A stretch of DNA of 64,000 nucleotides from positions 416,001 to 480,000 of the forward strand of contig CAVZMH010000015.1 in NCBI GenBank assembly GCA_963776345.1, written 5' to 3'. The notes under the pieces are model-generated. The model did not search any database. It was given only the letters and a program-made list of their open reading frames with translations, and was not told the origin of the DNA. This stretch comes from an uncultured delta proteobacterium. Lineage in GTDB: Bacteria > Myxococcota > Myxococcia > Myxococcales > Myxococcaceae. Positions 48,492 through 58,694 of the stretch are shown piece by piece. The position numbers were made by a program, and so were the translations under genes. Each line of letters starts with the position of its first letter. Positions within the stretch are counted from its first letter, which is position 1.

Positions 48492-50297
48492 GTGAGCGCT
48501 CCCGCCTCCGCCCTCGTCGCTCTGCTCTCCCTGGTCCTCGCCTGCAGCCACGGACCTCCTTCGGAGCCAGTCGCGGCGCCGCCCCCCGCGCCCAGCGATT
48601 CCCAGGCTGCGGCTCGGCTCCGCGCGCTCGCGGAGGACTACTTCGAGGGCACGCTCAGGCTCGACCCGCTCCAGGCCACCGCGATCGGCGACCCGCGGTA
48701 TGACGACCGGCTACCGGACACGCTCACCGACGCGGGCCGGGAGGCCATCCGCGGCCTCGCGCTCCGCACCCGGACCACCCTGGAGGCGCTTCCCCGCGCC
48801 TCGCTGCGCGGCGAGGACGCGCTCACCTCGGCGGTGCTCGACGACCTCACCCGGACCACCCTCGAGGGTCAGGAGCTCGACGACCATCTGATGCCGCTCG
48901 AGCAGATGAGCTCGCTGGCGGTGGAGTTCCCGGTGTTGGGCTCTGGCGCGGGCCGGCACCCGTTCCGGACCGTGGCCGACTACGAGCATTTCCTCGCCCG
49001 CATCCAGGCCTTCCCCCGGTGGGTCGACTCGGCGATCGCCCGCATGGGCGAGGGCATCGCCCGCGGCTTCACCCGCCCGCGCCCGGTGGTGCTCCGCACC
49101 TTGCCCCAGCTCGTGGCCCAGGTGGTCGCTCGCCCCGAGGACAGCACCTTCTGGGGCCCGGTGGCCCGGATGCCAGCGTCCTTCTCCGCTGGAGACCGCA
49201 CGCGCCTCACCGACGCGTACCGGACCGCCATCCTGGAGACCGTCGTTCCGACCTACCGCCGGCTCGCGGCGTTCGTCCGGGACACCTATCTCCCCGCGTC
49301 GCGAACCACCACCGCCTTGGAGGCGCTGCCGGACGGACCAGCCCGCTACGCGTTCGTGGTTCGCCAGCAGACCACCACCGCGCTGGATCCGCACGCCATT
49401 CACCAGCTCGGGCTGGACGAGGTGGCGCGCATCCGGGGCGACGTCGAGCAGCTCCGGATCGCCAGCCGATTCGAGGGCACGCCGGAACAGTTCCTCGAGG
49501 CGATGTTCACCGATGCCACCGGAGCGGTGGAGACCGAGGAGGCGCTGGTCGCGGCGTACCGGGCGATCAAGGAGCGGGTCCGGCCGAGGCTCCCCGAGCT
49601 GTTCGGCAGGCTCCCGGCGGCCGACTTCGAGGTCCGCCCGGTGGAGCGCTTCCGCGAGAACGCCGCGTCCAGTCAGTACGTCCCGGCCACCCCGGACGGG
49701 ACGCGGCCGGGGGTCTTCTACGTCAACGCCGGCAACCTCCGGTCGCGGCCGGTGCGCGCCTCGGAGTCGCTGTTCCTCCACGAGGCGCTCCCCGGCCATC
49801 ACTTGCAGGTCGCCCTGGCCAGCGAGAACCAGGCGCTGCCGCGGGTGCGGCGCTTCGCCCTGTACAACGCGTACGTCGAGGGCTGGGCGCTCTACGCCGA
49901 GCGGCTCGGGCCCCGGCTCGGGCTGTACCAGGACGTCCGCCAGCGCGCAGGCCAGCTGAGGAGCGAGCTGTTCCGCGCGGTGCGGCTGGTGGTGGACACC
50001 GGCCTCCACCACGAGGGCTGGTCACGGCAGCGGGCCATCGACTACGCCCACGCCACGGTGGGCGTGAGCCCGGAGGGGGTGGCCATGGAGATCGACCGCT
50101 ACCTCGCCGCTCCCGGCCAGGCGCTGGGCTACAAGGTGGGAGAGCTCGCCATTCGCCGGATGCGCGACGACGCCGAGCGGAGGCTCGGCCCCGCGTTCGA
50201 CCTTCGGGCCTTTCACGACGCGGTGCTGGAGTCCGGCCCGCTTCCTCTCGGCGTGCTCGAGGAGAAGATGCGGGCCTGGACTCCCGGCCGGCGCTAG
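48492..50297 (+). CDS. DUF885 family lipoprotein (putative metallopeptidase)
   Basis: VLAC lipobox; HEALPGHH, EGWALYAE, RLVVDTGLH, PGQALGYKVG. Confidence 0.88.
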   Translation: MSAPASALVALLSLVLACSHGPPSEPVAAPPPAPSDSQAAARLRALAEDYFEGTLRLDPLQATAIGDPRYDDRLPDTLTDAGREAIRGLALRTRTTLEALPRASLRGEDALTSAVLDDLTRTTLEGQELDDHLMPLEQMSSLAVEFPVLGSGAGRHPFRTVADYEHFLARIQAFPRWVDSAIARMGEGIARGFTRPRPVVLRTLPQLVAQVVARPEDSTFWGPVARMPASFSAGDRTRLTDAYRTAILETVVPTYRRLAAFVRDTYLPASRTTTALEALPDGPARYAFVVRQQTTTALDPHAIHQLGLDEVARIRGDVEQLRIASRFEGTPEQFLEAMFTDATGAVETEEALVAAYRAIKERVRPRLPELFGRLPAADFEVRPVERFRENAASSQYVPATPDGTRPGVFYVNAGNLRSRPVRASESLFLHEALPGHHLQVALASENQALPRVRRFALYNAYVEGWALYAERLGPRLGLYQDVRQRAGQLRSELFRAVRLVVDTGLHHEGWSRQRAIDYAHATVGVSPEGVAMEIDRYLAAPGQALGYKVGELAIRRMRDDAERRLGPAFDLRAFHDAVLESGPLPLGVLEEKMRAWTPGRR

Positions 50298-51195
50298 GCG
50301 TTTCCCCTCAAACGCTGCACCTCGACCACCCCCCAGAGCATCGAGCGATCGTCGCCCGCGAGGTTGGTCGGGCTGGGGGCCGGGGGCTCGCCGAAGCTCC
50401 TGAGAACCCGGACGGCGCCTGGCCGTGCCGCGCGCACGACGGCCGCGAGCAGCCGGTCCCGGTACTCGGCGGGGGCGCCGTCCAGCACGTTGGACAGGGT
50501 GAAGCCTCCGTAGCTGCCCGGCTCGCAGGACTCGAGGTAGGCGGCGGCGTCGGCGCAGGCGAGGTCGATGGGGTGACGGGACGGAGGCGCCCGCGGGAGG
50601 CGTCTCGCCGAGGAGCAGCGCGCGGGCGTAGGGGTTGGCCGCGTTGGGGTGCCGGGCGAAGCACCGCTCCATCCGGCCCCGCATCACCCGTCCGAAGTGG
50701 CTGGGCAATACTTGAAGAAACGGCGACGCGTAGACCGAGCGCAACCCAGTGACGGAGAGCAGGAGATCTAGCCCCGCCCGGAAGCGCCGGGTGTCCAGCC
50801 GTTCCCTCCAGAAGGCGAGCTGCGCGTCGACCGAGTCGAAGGCAAGAAAGGTCTCGAGGTCACGCCGGCGCCACCCAGCGAGCGGCAGCAGCGCACGCCC
50901 CAGCCCGAGCAGCCGCTCGGCGCTGCCGACCCGCGCCGGCCTCCCCGGCGAGGCGCTGGCGGGCGTAGTCGAGCTGCACCGGGTTGATGTCCACCGCGGT
51001 GACCGGGTGCCGCGCGGCGAGCGCGAGCGCGGTGTCCCCGGCCGAGGCGATGCAGAACACGGGGGCGCCCTCGGGAAAGGCGCGGAGCTCGACCTCGGGG
51101 TCCTCGTACATCTGGCCAAAGAGCACCCGGCGCGGTCCCCTGCGCTGGTCGAACCGGCCGCCGGCCCACGGGGTGTCGCTGGCACTGGCGGTCAC
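50294..51195 (-). CDS. DUF3419/BtaA-like SAM-dependent transferase, with two +1 frameshifts (~50940 and ~50570)
   Basis: MYEDPEVE, CIASAGD, AVDINPVQL; NPY; FTLSNVLD...VLRS; three frames join by removing one base at each junction. Confidence 0.65.
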
Positions 51196-51587
51196 GGAGC
51201 CGCTCGCCCCTGCGCCGCGGCGACCCACATGAGGACCACCAGCGCGGCGTTCTTCACCACCATCCCCGCGGGGTCGTGGATGAGCTTCCGGGCGAAGAGC
51301 AGCCCGTTGGCGTTCATCCCCACCAGGAGCGCGGTCTGCACCGCCGCCGCCCAGACGGGCTCCCAGCCGGAGAGCACCCAGACGCCGAGCAGCGACTCGA
51401 CGACCCCCAGCGCGCGGAGGAAGACCGGACCGGCCTTCGGACCGAGGAACGGGACCGCCTCGACGATCCGCTCCTGCGAGGGCAGGCGGCCCAGCACCTT
51501 GCACCACAGCCCTTCGTACAGCCACACCGCGGCGATGGCCGAGCGAACCAGCACCGGGGGCGGCATCAGCTCCATGGGGAGAGTCAT
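51192..51587 (-). CDS. DoxX-like family membrane protein
   Basis: AVWLYEGLWCK, GVVE, DPAGMVVKN; 4 TM; GTGA overlap with downstream gene. Confidence 0.75.
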   Translation of the reverse strand: MTLPMELMPPPVLVRSAIAAVWLYEGLWCKVLGRLPSQERIVEAVPFLGPKAGPVFLRALGVVESLLGVWVLSGWEPVWAAAVQTALLVGMNANGLLFARKLIHDPAGMVVKNAALVVLMWVAAAQGRAAP

Positions 51588-51649
51588 CGTGGGCCGGAGG
51601 TGAGCACGCCTGGTGCCGACTTTCACCCCGGCCGTGCGAGGGCCGCGGA

Positions 51650-52723
51650 CTAGTACAGGGTTTGCAGCTCGGTCCCTGGATAGAAGTGCGCGAGGATGGC
51701 CCGGTAGTCCTGGCCCGAGTCGGCCATCTCCTTGGCTCCCCACTGGGACAGCCCGGCGCCGTGTCCCAGCCCGCGGCCGGTGAGCCGGGCACCTCCGTCC
51801 GAAGTGGGCGCCACGTCGAAGGCGAGGGAGCGCACGCGGTCGTAGCCGAGCCGCTGCCGGAACTCGACCCCGCTGAGGCTCCGTCCCCCGAGCTCGAGGC
51901 GCCGGACGCGTCCGGTGGGCGTCCGGGCGGCGACCCGGAGCTTCCCGCGCCCGCCGAACGCCCGCTCGAGCGCGCCGGCATCGAGGTCGGCCTTCCAGCG
52001 GGTGGCGGGCCCCGGGCGGCACTCGCAGGCGACGCTCCGGAGGTACGGGAGGTCGCGGCCGAGCGCGTCGAGCCCGGTCTCGGTGTTCCCCTCGCAGGAG
52101 GCGTGGAAGTAGGCCTCGATGGGCGCGAGCTGGAAGGTGAGGATCTGCCCCGCGGTGGCCAGGGTGGCGGCGCGGGTCCGGGGATTCTCGCGGTTCACGC
52201 CGCCGTAGACCTGGGCGAGCACGCTGCTTCCGAGGTGGACGGGCTGGCCGAGCGCCTCGATCTTCCGCTGGAGCGCGTAGGTGCGCGCGGCGACGGCCTG
52301 GGCCTTGAGCGCCTCCTCCGGGAAGCTGACCGGCATCTCGCCGCCGAGGACGGCGGCCACGTAGTCCTCGAGCGGGAGCACGTTGACCAGGAGCACCTTG
52401 CTGCCCCTCGGCAGGGCGACGACCTCGCCGCGGACCTCGGTGTTGCCGGCGCGGAGCACGTGCGAGGTGTCCGAGGTGCGGAACCGGACCGCGCCCTCGA
52501 CGCGCTCGCCCTCGACCTCCATCGCGTCGCCGACGTGGCGGACCCGGACCTCGTCGCGGTCGAGCGGGTGGAACGGGCCGTCCTCGGAGTCGGGCCCGAG
52601 CTGGAGGCCCTTGCCGCGGACGACGACCTCGCGCTCCGGGCGCTCGCCCATCGCGATCCGGACGGTCTCCGCGGCGTGCGCGGTGGTGGTGGCGAGGAGG
52701 GCGAGAAGGAGGACCGGGCGCAT
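51650..52723 (-). CDS. SpoIID/LytB domain protein
   Basis: Signal peptide; LEDYV..V..EM, EALKAQAVAARTY, QVY, GHGAGLSQWGA, ILAHFY. Confidence 0.9.
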   Translation of the reverse strand: MRPVLLLALLATTTAHAAETVRIAMGERPEREVVVRGKGLQLGPDSEDGPFHPLDRDEVRVRHVGDAMEVEGERVEGAVRFRTSDTSHVLRAGNTEVRGEVVALPRGSKVLLVNVLPLEDYVAAVLGGEMPVSFPEEALKAQAVAARTYALQRKIEALGQPVHLGSSVLAQVYGGVNRENPRTRAATLATAGQILTFQLAPIEAYFHASCEGNTETGLDALGRDLPYLRSVACECRPGPATRWKADLDAGALERAFGGRGKLRVAARTPTGRVRRLELGGRSLSGVEFRQRLGYDRVRSLAFDVAPTSDGGARLTGRGLGHGAGLSQWGAKEMADSGQDYRAILAHFYPGTELQTLY

Positions 52724-52898
52724 CTCGACCCCGGAGGATCTCCGGACACACCCGCTCACGCCAGTTCAACCTCCTGCATCACCCGTGAGATGGGTCGGAG
52801 GTGGGCACGTGAGCCGTCCCACGCCCGGAGGTCCCACCTCTTCCGGTGAGCACCCGTCGGAGCGCCCTCGCGCGGCCCCTTCTCTCCGTCTCCGAGGA

Positions 52899-52917
52899 CA
52901 TACGACCAAGGACCTAG
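52899..52917 (+). promoter_or_regulatory. Candidate regulatory motif CATACGACCAAGGACCTAG upstream of asparaginase
   Basis: Both halves recur upstream of the aspT operon on the minus strand. Confidence 0.35.
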
Positions 52918-52974
52918 TGGCTCGAGGACGCGGATTTGGCAAACCTGGGGACCCTGGAGCCTGAGGAGGGTGAC

Positions 52975-54072
52975 ATGAACCACGCGACCCGCAGGACGGC
53001 AGTGTCTCTCGCCGTCGTGCTTGCACTGGCGGCCGGGAGTGCCGCCGCCCAGGCGCCGAAGCTGGCCCCCGTTCCTGAGCCGGCGAAGCCGCGGATCATC
53101 ATCCTCGCGACGGGGGGCACGATCGCCGGGGCGCAGCCGAAGCCAGGAGAGGCCGGGTACAAGTCCGGATCGTTCTCGGTCGACTCGCTGATCCAGGCAG
53201 TGCCCGGGATGCGGGACATCGCCAACGTGAGCGGCGAGCAGATCGCCAACATCGGCAGCCAGAACATGAACGATGCGGTGTGGATCAAGCTCGCCCGCCG
53301 GGTGAACGAGCTCCAGGGCAGCCCGGAGGTCGACGGGATCGTCATCACCCACGGGACGGACACCATGGAGGAGACCGGCTACTTCCTCGACCTGGTGGTC
53401 AAGGGAGACAAGCCGGTGGTGCTGGTCGGCTCGATGCGTCCGGCGACGGCGACCAGCGCCGACGGACCGATGAACCTCTACAACGCCACCGCGGTGGCTG
53501 CGGACCGGACCGCCCGCGGTCGAGGCGTCCTGGTGGTGATGAACGACCAGATCCACTTCGCGCGCGAGACGACGAAGACCAACAGCACCTCGCTCCAGAC
53601 CTTCGCCTCGCCAAACCGGGGGCTGGCGGGGATCGTCAACTTCGGCAAGGCTCGCTTCTACTCTCCGTCCGTGACCAAGCACACGAGCGGCAGCGCCTTC
53701 GCCGGCTCGGTGCCCAATGCCTTGCCGACGGTGTTCATCGTCTACGCCCACGCCAACGTGGGCAAAGAGGAGGTGGACGCTGCGCTCGCCGCCGGAGCCA
53801 AGGGCATCGTCCTTGCCGGGGTGGGCGATGGCAACGCCACCGACCCGATGATCGACGCCCTCGCCGCGGCGGCGAAGAAGGGCGTGGTCGTCGTCCGCAG
53901 CTCGCGCGTGGGCTCGGGCACGGTGGCCCGCAACGTCGAGCTGGACGACGACAAGCTCGGCTTCGTCGCCGCACTCGAGCTGAACCCCCAGAAGGCCCGG
54001 ATCCTCCTGCAGCAGGCGCTCACCCGGACCAAGGACGTGAAGGCCATCCAGAAGTACTTCGAGGAGTACTGA
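52975..54072 (+). CDS. ansB: Type II (secreted/periplasmic) L-asparaginase
   Basis: Signal peptide; ATGGTIAG, IGSQ, HGTDTMEET, SMRP, SADGP, NPQKARILL; GAGGAGG RBS. Confidence 0.92.
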   Translation: MNHATRRTAVSLAVVLALAAGSAAAQAPKLAPVPEPAKPRIIILATGGTIAGAQPKPGEAGYKSGSFSVDSLIQAVPGMRDIANVSGEQIANIGSQNMNDAVWIKLARRVNELQGSPEVDGIVITHGTDTMEETGYFLDLVVKGDKPVVLVGSMRPATATSADGPMNLYNATAVAADRTARGRGVLVVMNDQIHFARETTKTNSTSLQTFASPNRGLAGIVNFGKARFYSPSVTKHTSGSAFAGSVPNALPTVFIVYAHANVGKEEVDAALAAGAKGIVLAGVGDGNATDPMIDALAAAAKKGVVVVRSSRVGSGTVARNVELDDDKLGFVAALELNPQKARILLQQALTRTKDVKAIQKYFEEY

Positions 54073-54073
54073 C

Positions 54074-55270
54074 GTGAACCGGCGAAACGTCCCGGCGTTC
54101 GTGGTGGCCGCGCTGCTCCTCCCCGCGTCGATCCGGGCGGAGGAGGCTCCGCACAAGCCCACCTTCGAGATCTACGGCTTCGCCCAGGTGGACTACATCC
54201 AGGACTTCAAGCGGATGCCGTCCGACTGGGATGCCACCCTCCGCCCCTCGCGGATCCCCACCACCGATGGAGCCGCCGGGGGAGACGGGCAGGCCATCCT
54301 CAGCGCCCGGCAGAGCCGGCTCGGGGCTCGCGGGTCGATCCCGGTCGGAGACTCGGACCTCTTCGGACGGGTGGAGTTCGACTTCTTCGGACGGGGCACC
54401 GGTCAGCCCGACTCCGCGGGGCAGAACACCCTCCGGCTCCGGCAGGCGTACGGATCCTGGGGGCCCATCCTCGGCGGGCTCACCGCCAGCCTTTTCATGG
54501 ACGACGACTTCTGGCCCAACATCGTCGACTACTGGGGGCCCGCGGGGATGGCGTTCTACCGGAACGTCCAGGTTCGCTACACCTTCTTCACCGGAACGCA
54601 CACCCTGGCCATCGCCATCGAGCGGCCGGGGGCCGATCTCCAGAACTACCCCAACGTGGCGGCGCTCCAGGATCTCGCCTCCGACAACAAGCTTCCCGAC
54701 CTCACCGCCCAGTACCGGCTCAGCCAGAAGTGGGGCTACATCCAGGCCTCGGGAATCCTCCGCCGCCTCGGCTACGACACCGGAACCGGCGGGATCAAGG
54801 GCAGCAAGCTCGGGTGGGGCCTCAACGGCAGCTCGACCATCCGCATCCTCCCCGACCGGCTGAAGGTGCTGGTGGAGGTCGTCGGAGGCGCGGGGATCGA
54901 GAACTACATGAACGACGCCACCCCCGACCTCGCCATCGACGGCACAGTCATCGCGCCGACGGCCGCGGCCGTGCCCATGCTCGGGCTCACCGGGTACCTG
55001 GACATCACCTGGACCAAGATGCTCAGCACCGCCATCGGCTACAGCACGGTGTTCATCTTCAACACCAGCCTTCAGCCCACGAGCGCCCTGAAGCGGGGCC
55101 AGTACGCCTCGGTCAACTTCCTGGTCAGCCCCTTCAAGAACTTCCTCGCCGGCCCCGAGTTCCTCTGGGGCCGGCGCAACGACCTGGGAGGCGCGTACGG
55201 CGACGACTTCCGCCTCCAGGTCTCGTTGAAGTACTCGTTCTCCAGCCTGGACTTCTGGAAGCCGAGTTAG
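54074..55270 (+). CDS. DcaP-like outer-membrane porin
   Basis: Signal peptide; IYGFAQVD, ARQSRLG, RLRQAYG, PDLTAQY, RLQVSLKYSF. Confidence 0.78.
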   Translation: MNRRNVPAFVVAALLLPASIRAEEAPHKPTFEIYGFAQVDYIQDFKRMPSDWDATLRPSRIPTTDGAAGGDGQAILSARQSRLGARGSIPVGDSDLFGRVEFDFFGRGTGQPDSAGQNTLRLRQAYGSWGPILGGLTASLFMDDDFWPNIVDYWGPAGMAFYRNVQVRYTFFTGTHTLAIAIERPGADLQNYPNVAALQDLASDNKLPDLTAQYRLSQKWGYIQASGILRRLGYDTGTGGIKGSKLGWGLNGSSTIRILPDRLKVLVEVVGGAGIENYMNDATPDLAIDGTVIAPTAAAVPMLGLTGYLDITWTKMLSTAIGYSTVFIFNTSLQPTSALKRGQYASVNFLVSPFKNFLAGPEFLWGRRNDLGGAYGDDFRLQVSLKYSFSSLDFWKPS

Positions 55271-56928
55271 CTCCGCCCTTTCCGGGGGGCCTTCTTTCCA
55301 CTCTTCCAGGCCTCCACGTACTCGGCGGCGGCCTCCCTGATGAACGCGCCGATGCTCTGGTACTCCTCGTCGCTCAGGTTGGCGAGGGAGACCCGCACCG
55401 ACCAGGGAGGACCGCCGAAGCCGCCCCCGTCCATCAGCACCACCGAGGACTTCTCTGCAACCCGGAACAGGAGGTCCACCGGCTCGTAGTTCGATTTCAG
55501 GTATTCGAAGAATTCGTCGCCGTACATCTTCCGCGCCCACACCTCGAGATCGAGCTCCACGTAGTACCAGGCCCGGTAGGGATCATCCGGCGGCAACGGC
55601 AGGCCCAGGCCCTTCCAGAGCAGATCCCGCCGCTCGTGGCAGATCCGCATCGTGAGGTGCTTGTAGGCGTCCTCCGGGTCGAGGAGGTGGGTCAGGGCGA
55701 AGAGGACCATCTGCACCTGCTGGGGGAGCGAGAGGCCCGCGGTGTGGTTCAGGGCGACGCTCCGGCTGTCGGCCACCATCCGGTCGATGAACTTGATCTT
55801 CTCCGGCTCGAGGGTGAGCGTGCCGTAGCGCTGGTTCAGACGCTTCTTCCAGCTCGCCGGTAGCCTGGCGAGCGACTGGTCCATCACGTTCTTCTCGTGC
55901 ACCGCGACCACCCCCAGCCGCCATCCGGTGCAACCGAAGTTCTTGGAGAAGGAGTAGACGAAGATGGTGTTCTGAGGCAGCTCGGCCATCAGGGAGCGGA
56001 AGCCGGTGACGAAGGTGCCGTAGACGTCGTCGGTGACGATGATCAGCTTCGGATTCTTGCGCCTCACCGTGTTGACGATGGTCTTGATCTCCGTCGGATC
56101 CAGCGCCACCGACGGTGGGTTGCTCGGATTGACGCAGACCGCGAGCTTGATGCGCTTGTCCCCGAGCTTCTCCAGCTGCTTCTTGCTGTAGTGCCAGGAG
56201 TGTGCGCCGTCGGCGCGAACGTCGTCGGCATGCACCGGGACGATCTTGAAGGAGAAGCGCTCCAGATGCGCGACCTCGATGTACGGAGTAAAGGTCGGCA
56301 GCATGAGGGCGATCGTGTCACCCTTGGCCAGGATCCCGTTCTGGAGGAGCGAGTCGAAGATGTAGCACATGGCCGCAGTGCCGCCCTCGACGGCGAAGAG
56401 ATCGAAGCGACCCTTCGGCGGTCGGCCGTCGCACATCTCCTTGATCAGGTAGTCGTGAACCACCTTCTCGCAGTGCACCAGCATTCGATCGGGAGTCGGG
56501 TAGTTGTCGCCGATGATCGAATCGGTGAGCTCGTGCACCCAGGCGTCGGCGTCGAAGCCTCGCTTCTGGCCGTACTCCAGGACCTTCCCCAGGAACTCCG
56601 CGCCCGGCTTGTCGCGGTTGGTGATCAAGAACTTCTTGAGTCGGTCGCCGATGCCCGGCCGGTCGGGCATCCCGGCAAGGATGCGCCGGTCCTGGGTGCG
56701 CCGGCACTCGCCCAGCGCGAAGCTCCCCAGGAGGAAGAACGCCTCCCGCGGCTCGGTGGCGATCCAGTTGGGATTGCCTCGGCCGGCGTTCAACATCATC
56801 GCCGTGCTCTGCTGCTCGTTCGCCTTGGCGAGCTTGATCAGGTGGTCCTTCAGCTCGAACGGCGAGAGCTGCTTGAGCGCCCGTTGCTGAGCACGGGCGG
56901 TCTTCAGTCCAGGTGCGAGTCCGTTCAT
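55267..56928 (-). CDS. aspD: Aspartate 4-decarboxylase (bifunctional aminotransferase, PLP)
   Basis: LSPFELKD, LNAGRGNPNW, EGGTAAM, NPSNP, DDVY, SFSK, TGWRLG, NHTAGLS. Confidence 0.94.
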   Translation of the reverse strand: MNGLAPGLKTARAQQRALKQLSPFELKDHLIKLAKANEQQSTAMMLNAGRGNPNWIATEPREAFFLLGSFALGECRRTQDRRILAGMPDRPGIGDRLKKFLITNRDKPGAEFLGKVLEYGQKRGFDADAWVHELTDSIIGDNYPTPDRMLVHCEKVVHDYLIKEMCDGRPPKGRFDLFAVEGGTAAMCYIFDSLLQNGILAKGDTIALMLPTFTPYIEVAHLERFSFKIVPVHADDVRADGAHSWHYSKKQLEKLGDKRIKLAVCVNPSNPPSVALDPTEIKTIVNTVRRKNPKLIIVTDDVYGTFVTGFRSLMAELPQNTIFVYSFSKNFGCTGWRLGVVAVHEKNVMDQSLARLPASWKKRLNQRYGTLTLEPEKIKFIDRMVADSRSVALNHTAGLSLPQQVQMVLFALTHLLDPEDAYKHLTMRICHERRDLLWKGLGLPLPPDDPYRAWYYVELDLEVWARKMYGDEFFEYLKSNYEPVDLLFRVAEKSSVVLMDGGGFGGPPWSVRVSLANLSDEEYQSIGAFIREAAAEYVEAWKSGKKAPRKGRS

Positions 56929-56993
56929 GGTCCTTCTCCACTGACGTCAGGTGATGCGGTGATGACCGCAGGCCGACTCGAGGCCGGCGTGGC

Positions 56994-58691
56994 TCAACGA
57001 GTGAGAAGCACGATGACGATTCCCCAGATGATGAGCAGGGTATTGCTGACTGCGTAGGGAATCGTGTAGCCGAGCGCCGGAACCTGGCTCTTGGCCACGT
57101 CGGTGATCTGACCGAGCGCAGCGGTGGTGACCCGTGCGCCGGCGTTCACCCCGAGGTTGATCCCGGGGTGAAACTTGAAGAGGTACTTTCCGATCAGTAC
57201 CCCGAGGATCATCGGCAGGGAGGTGGCGACGACACCGGCGATGAAGAGGGACACGCCCAGGGCCTTGAGCCCGGCGACGAATCCGGGCCCCGAGGTGATT
57301 CCCACCACCGCGATGAAGGTCGTCAGGCCCACCGAGTTCATGAACCAGAGGGCGGCGGCTGGGATCCGGCCGAAGGTTGGGCGGACCGAGCGAAGCCACC
57401 CGAAGACCAGCCCCATGATCAGCGCCCCTCCGGAGGTGGACAGGGAGATGGGGACCCCGCCCACCTTGATGGTGAGCAGGCCGATCACGCCTCCGATGAC
57501 GATCCCCGCGCCGACGAAGATCATGTCGGTCTGCGTGGTGGGACGATCGGGATAGCCGATGCGATCTGCGACTCTCCCCACGTCGTGCTTGGTTCCGACC
57601 AGCGTCAAGACGTCGCCGCGATCGAGCTCGAGACCCGGAACGAGTGGCATCTCCTGGCCGCCACGGACCACCTTTCGCAGAAACACCCCCCGCCCGAACT
57701 CGCGGGCGAGGTTGCTCGCCGCAAACTCGGCGATCGTCTTGCCGGCGATGGCCTTGCTGGTCAGGACCACCTCCAGGACCTCGACCGGGATGCTCAGGAG
57801 CTCCGGATCCTCGACCTCGTGGCCGGCGGCTACCTTGCTCACCTCGACCAGGACCTCGCGCCGACCGGCAAGCGCGACCACGTCTCCCTTCTCCAGTCTC
57901 GTCTCCGGATCCGCATCGAGGACCTCTCCGGCTCGCCGCAGTCGCTGAACGAACATCCGGCGATCCTTGAACATCGCCTCGAGACTGCCCACGGTCCCCC
58001 CGAGCCGGGCGGGATCGTCGATCCGGTAGGCGCGGACCGAGAACATCCGGTATGCGGTGAGGCCCTCGGGGCCTCCGCCACCCATCTTCGCTTCGTACTC
58101 CCTGCAGGCCTTGGCCAGGTCCACCCGGAGCAACTTGGGTCCCAGCGCGGCCAGGACCCAGGCGGTGCCCGCGGTTCCGAAGATGTACGTCACCGCGTAG
58201 GCCACCGGGATGTGGTCGACCAGGATCTTCTTCTGGTCCGGGGCGAGGTCGAGGCCGTTGATCGTGTCCGTTGCCACTCCGATCACCGCGGAGATCGTCT
58301 GGGCGCCGGAGAGCAGCCCGGCGGCGGTCCCGGCGTCGAACCCGGCGACCACCGCACAGGCCCAGGTGACCAGGAGACAGAGCACGCAGATGACCACCGC
58401 GAAGAGGACTTGCGGCAGCCCGTCGCTCTTCAGGCCGCGGAAGAACTGCGGCCCGACGCCATATCCGACCGCGAAGAGGAACATCAGGAAGAAGACCGAC
58501 TTGACGGTCGGGGAGATGGTGATGCCCAGCTGTCCGATCAGGACCCCGACCAGCAGGGTCCCGGTCACGGCGCCGAGGCTGAAGCTGCCCAGCTTCAGGG
58601 CTCCCACCCAGTAGCCCAGACCGAGAGTGAGGAAGATGGCGAGCTCGGGATAGTGGCGAAGCGAGTCGGCAAACCATTCCATCAGCATCAC
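56994..58691 (-). CDS. aspT: Aspartate:alanine antiporter (AAE family), copy 2
   Basis: YPELAIFLTL, GYGVGPQFF, two TrkA-C domains, GYTIPYAVSN; true start may be ATG 58688 or 58682. Confidence 0.9.
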   Translation of the reverse strand: MMLMEWFADSLRHYPELAIFLTLGLGYWVGALKLGSFSLGAVTGTLLVGVLIGQLGITISPTVKSVFFLMFLFAVGYGVGPQFFRGLKSDGLPQVLFAVVICVLCLLVTWACAVVAGFDAGTAAGLLSGAQTISAVIGVATDTINGLDLAPDQKKILVDHIPVAYAVTYIFGTAGTAWVLAALGPKLLRVDLAKACREYEAKMGGGGPEGLTAYRMFSVRAYRIDDPARLGGTVGSLEAMFKDRRMFVQRLRRAGEVLDADPETRLEKGDVVALAGRREVLVEVSKVAAGHEVEDPELLSIPVEVLEVVLTSKAIAGKTIAEFAASNLAREFGRGVFLRKVVRGGQEMPLVPGLELDRGDVLTLVGTKHDVGRVADRIGYPDRPTTQTDMIFVGAGIVIGGVIGLLTIKVGGVPISLSTSGGALIMGLVFGWLRSVRPTFGRIPAAALWFMNSVGLTTFIAVVGITSGPGFVAGLKALGVSLFIAGVVATSLPMILGVLIGKYLFKFHPGINLGVNAGARVTTAALGQITDVAKSQVPALGYTIPYAVSNTLLIIWGIVIVLLTR

Positions 58692-58694
58692 CTC

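Noticed and set aside
3397..56928. Aspartate theme linking nadB, aspS and the ansB/aspD island
   Set aside because: nadB and aspS are distant core genes; co-location is probably coincidental
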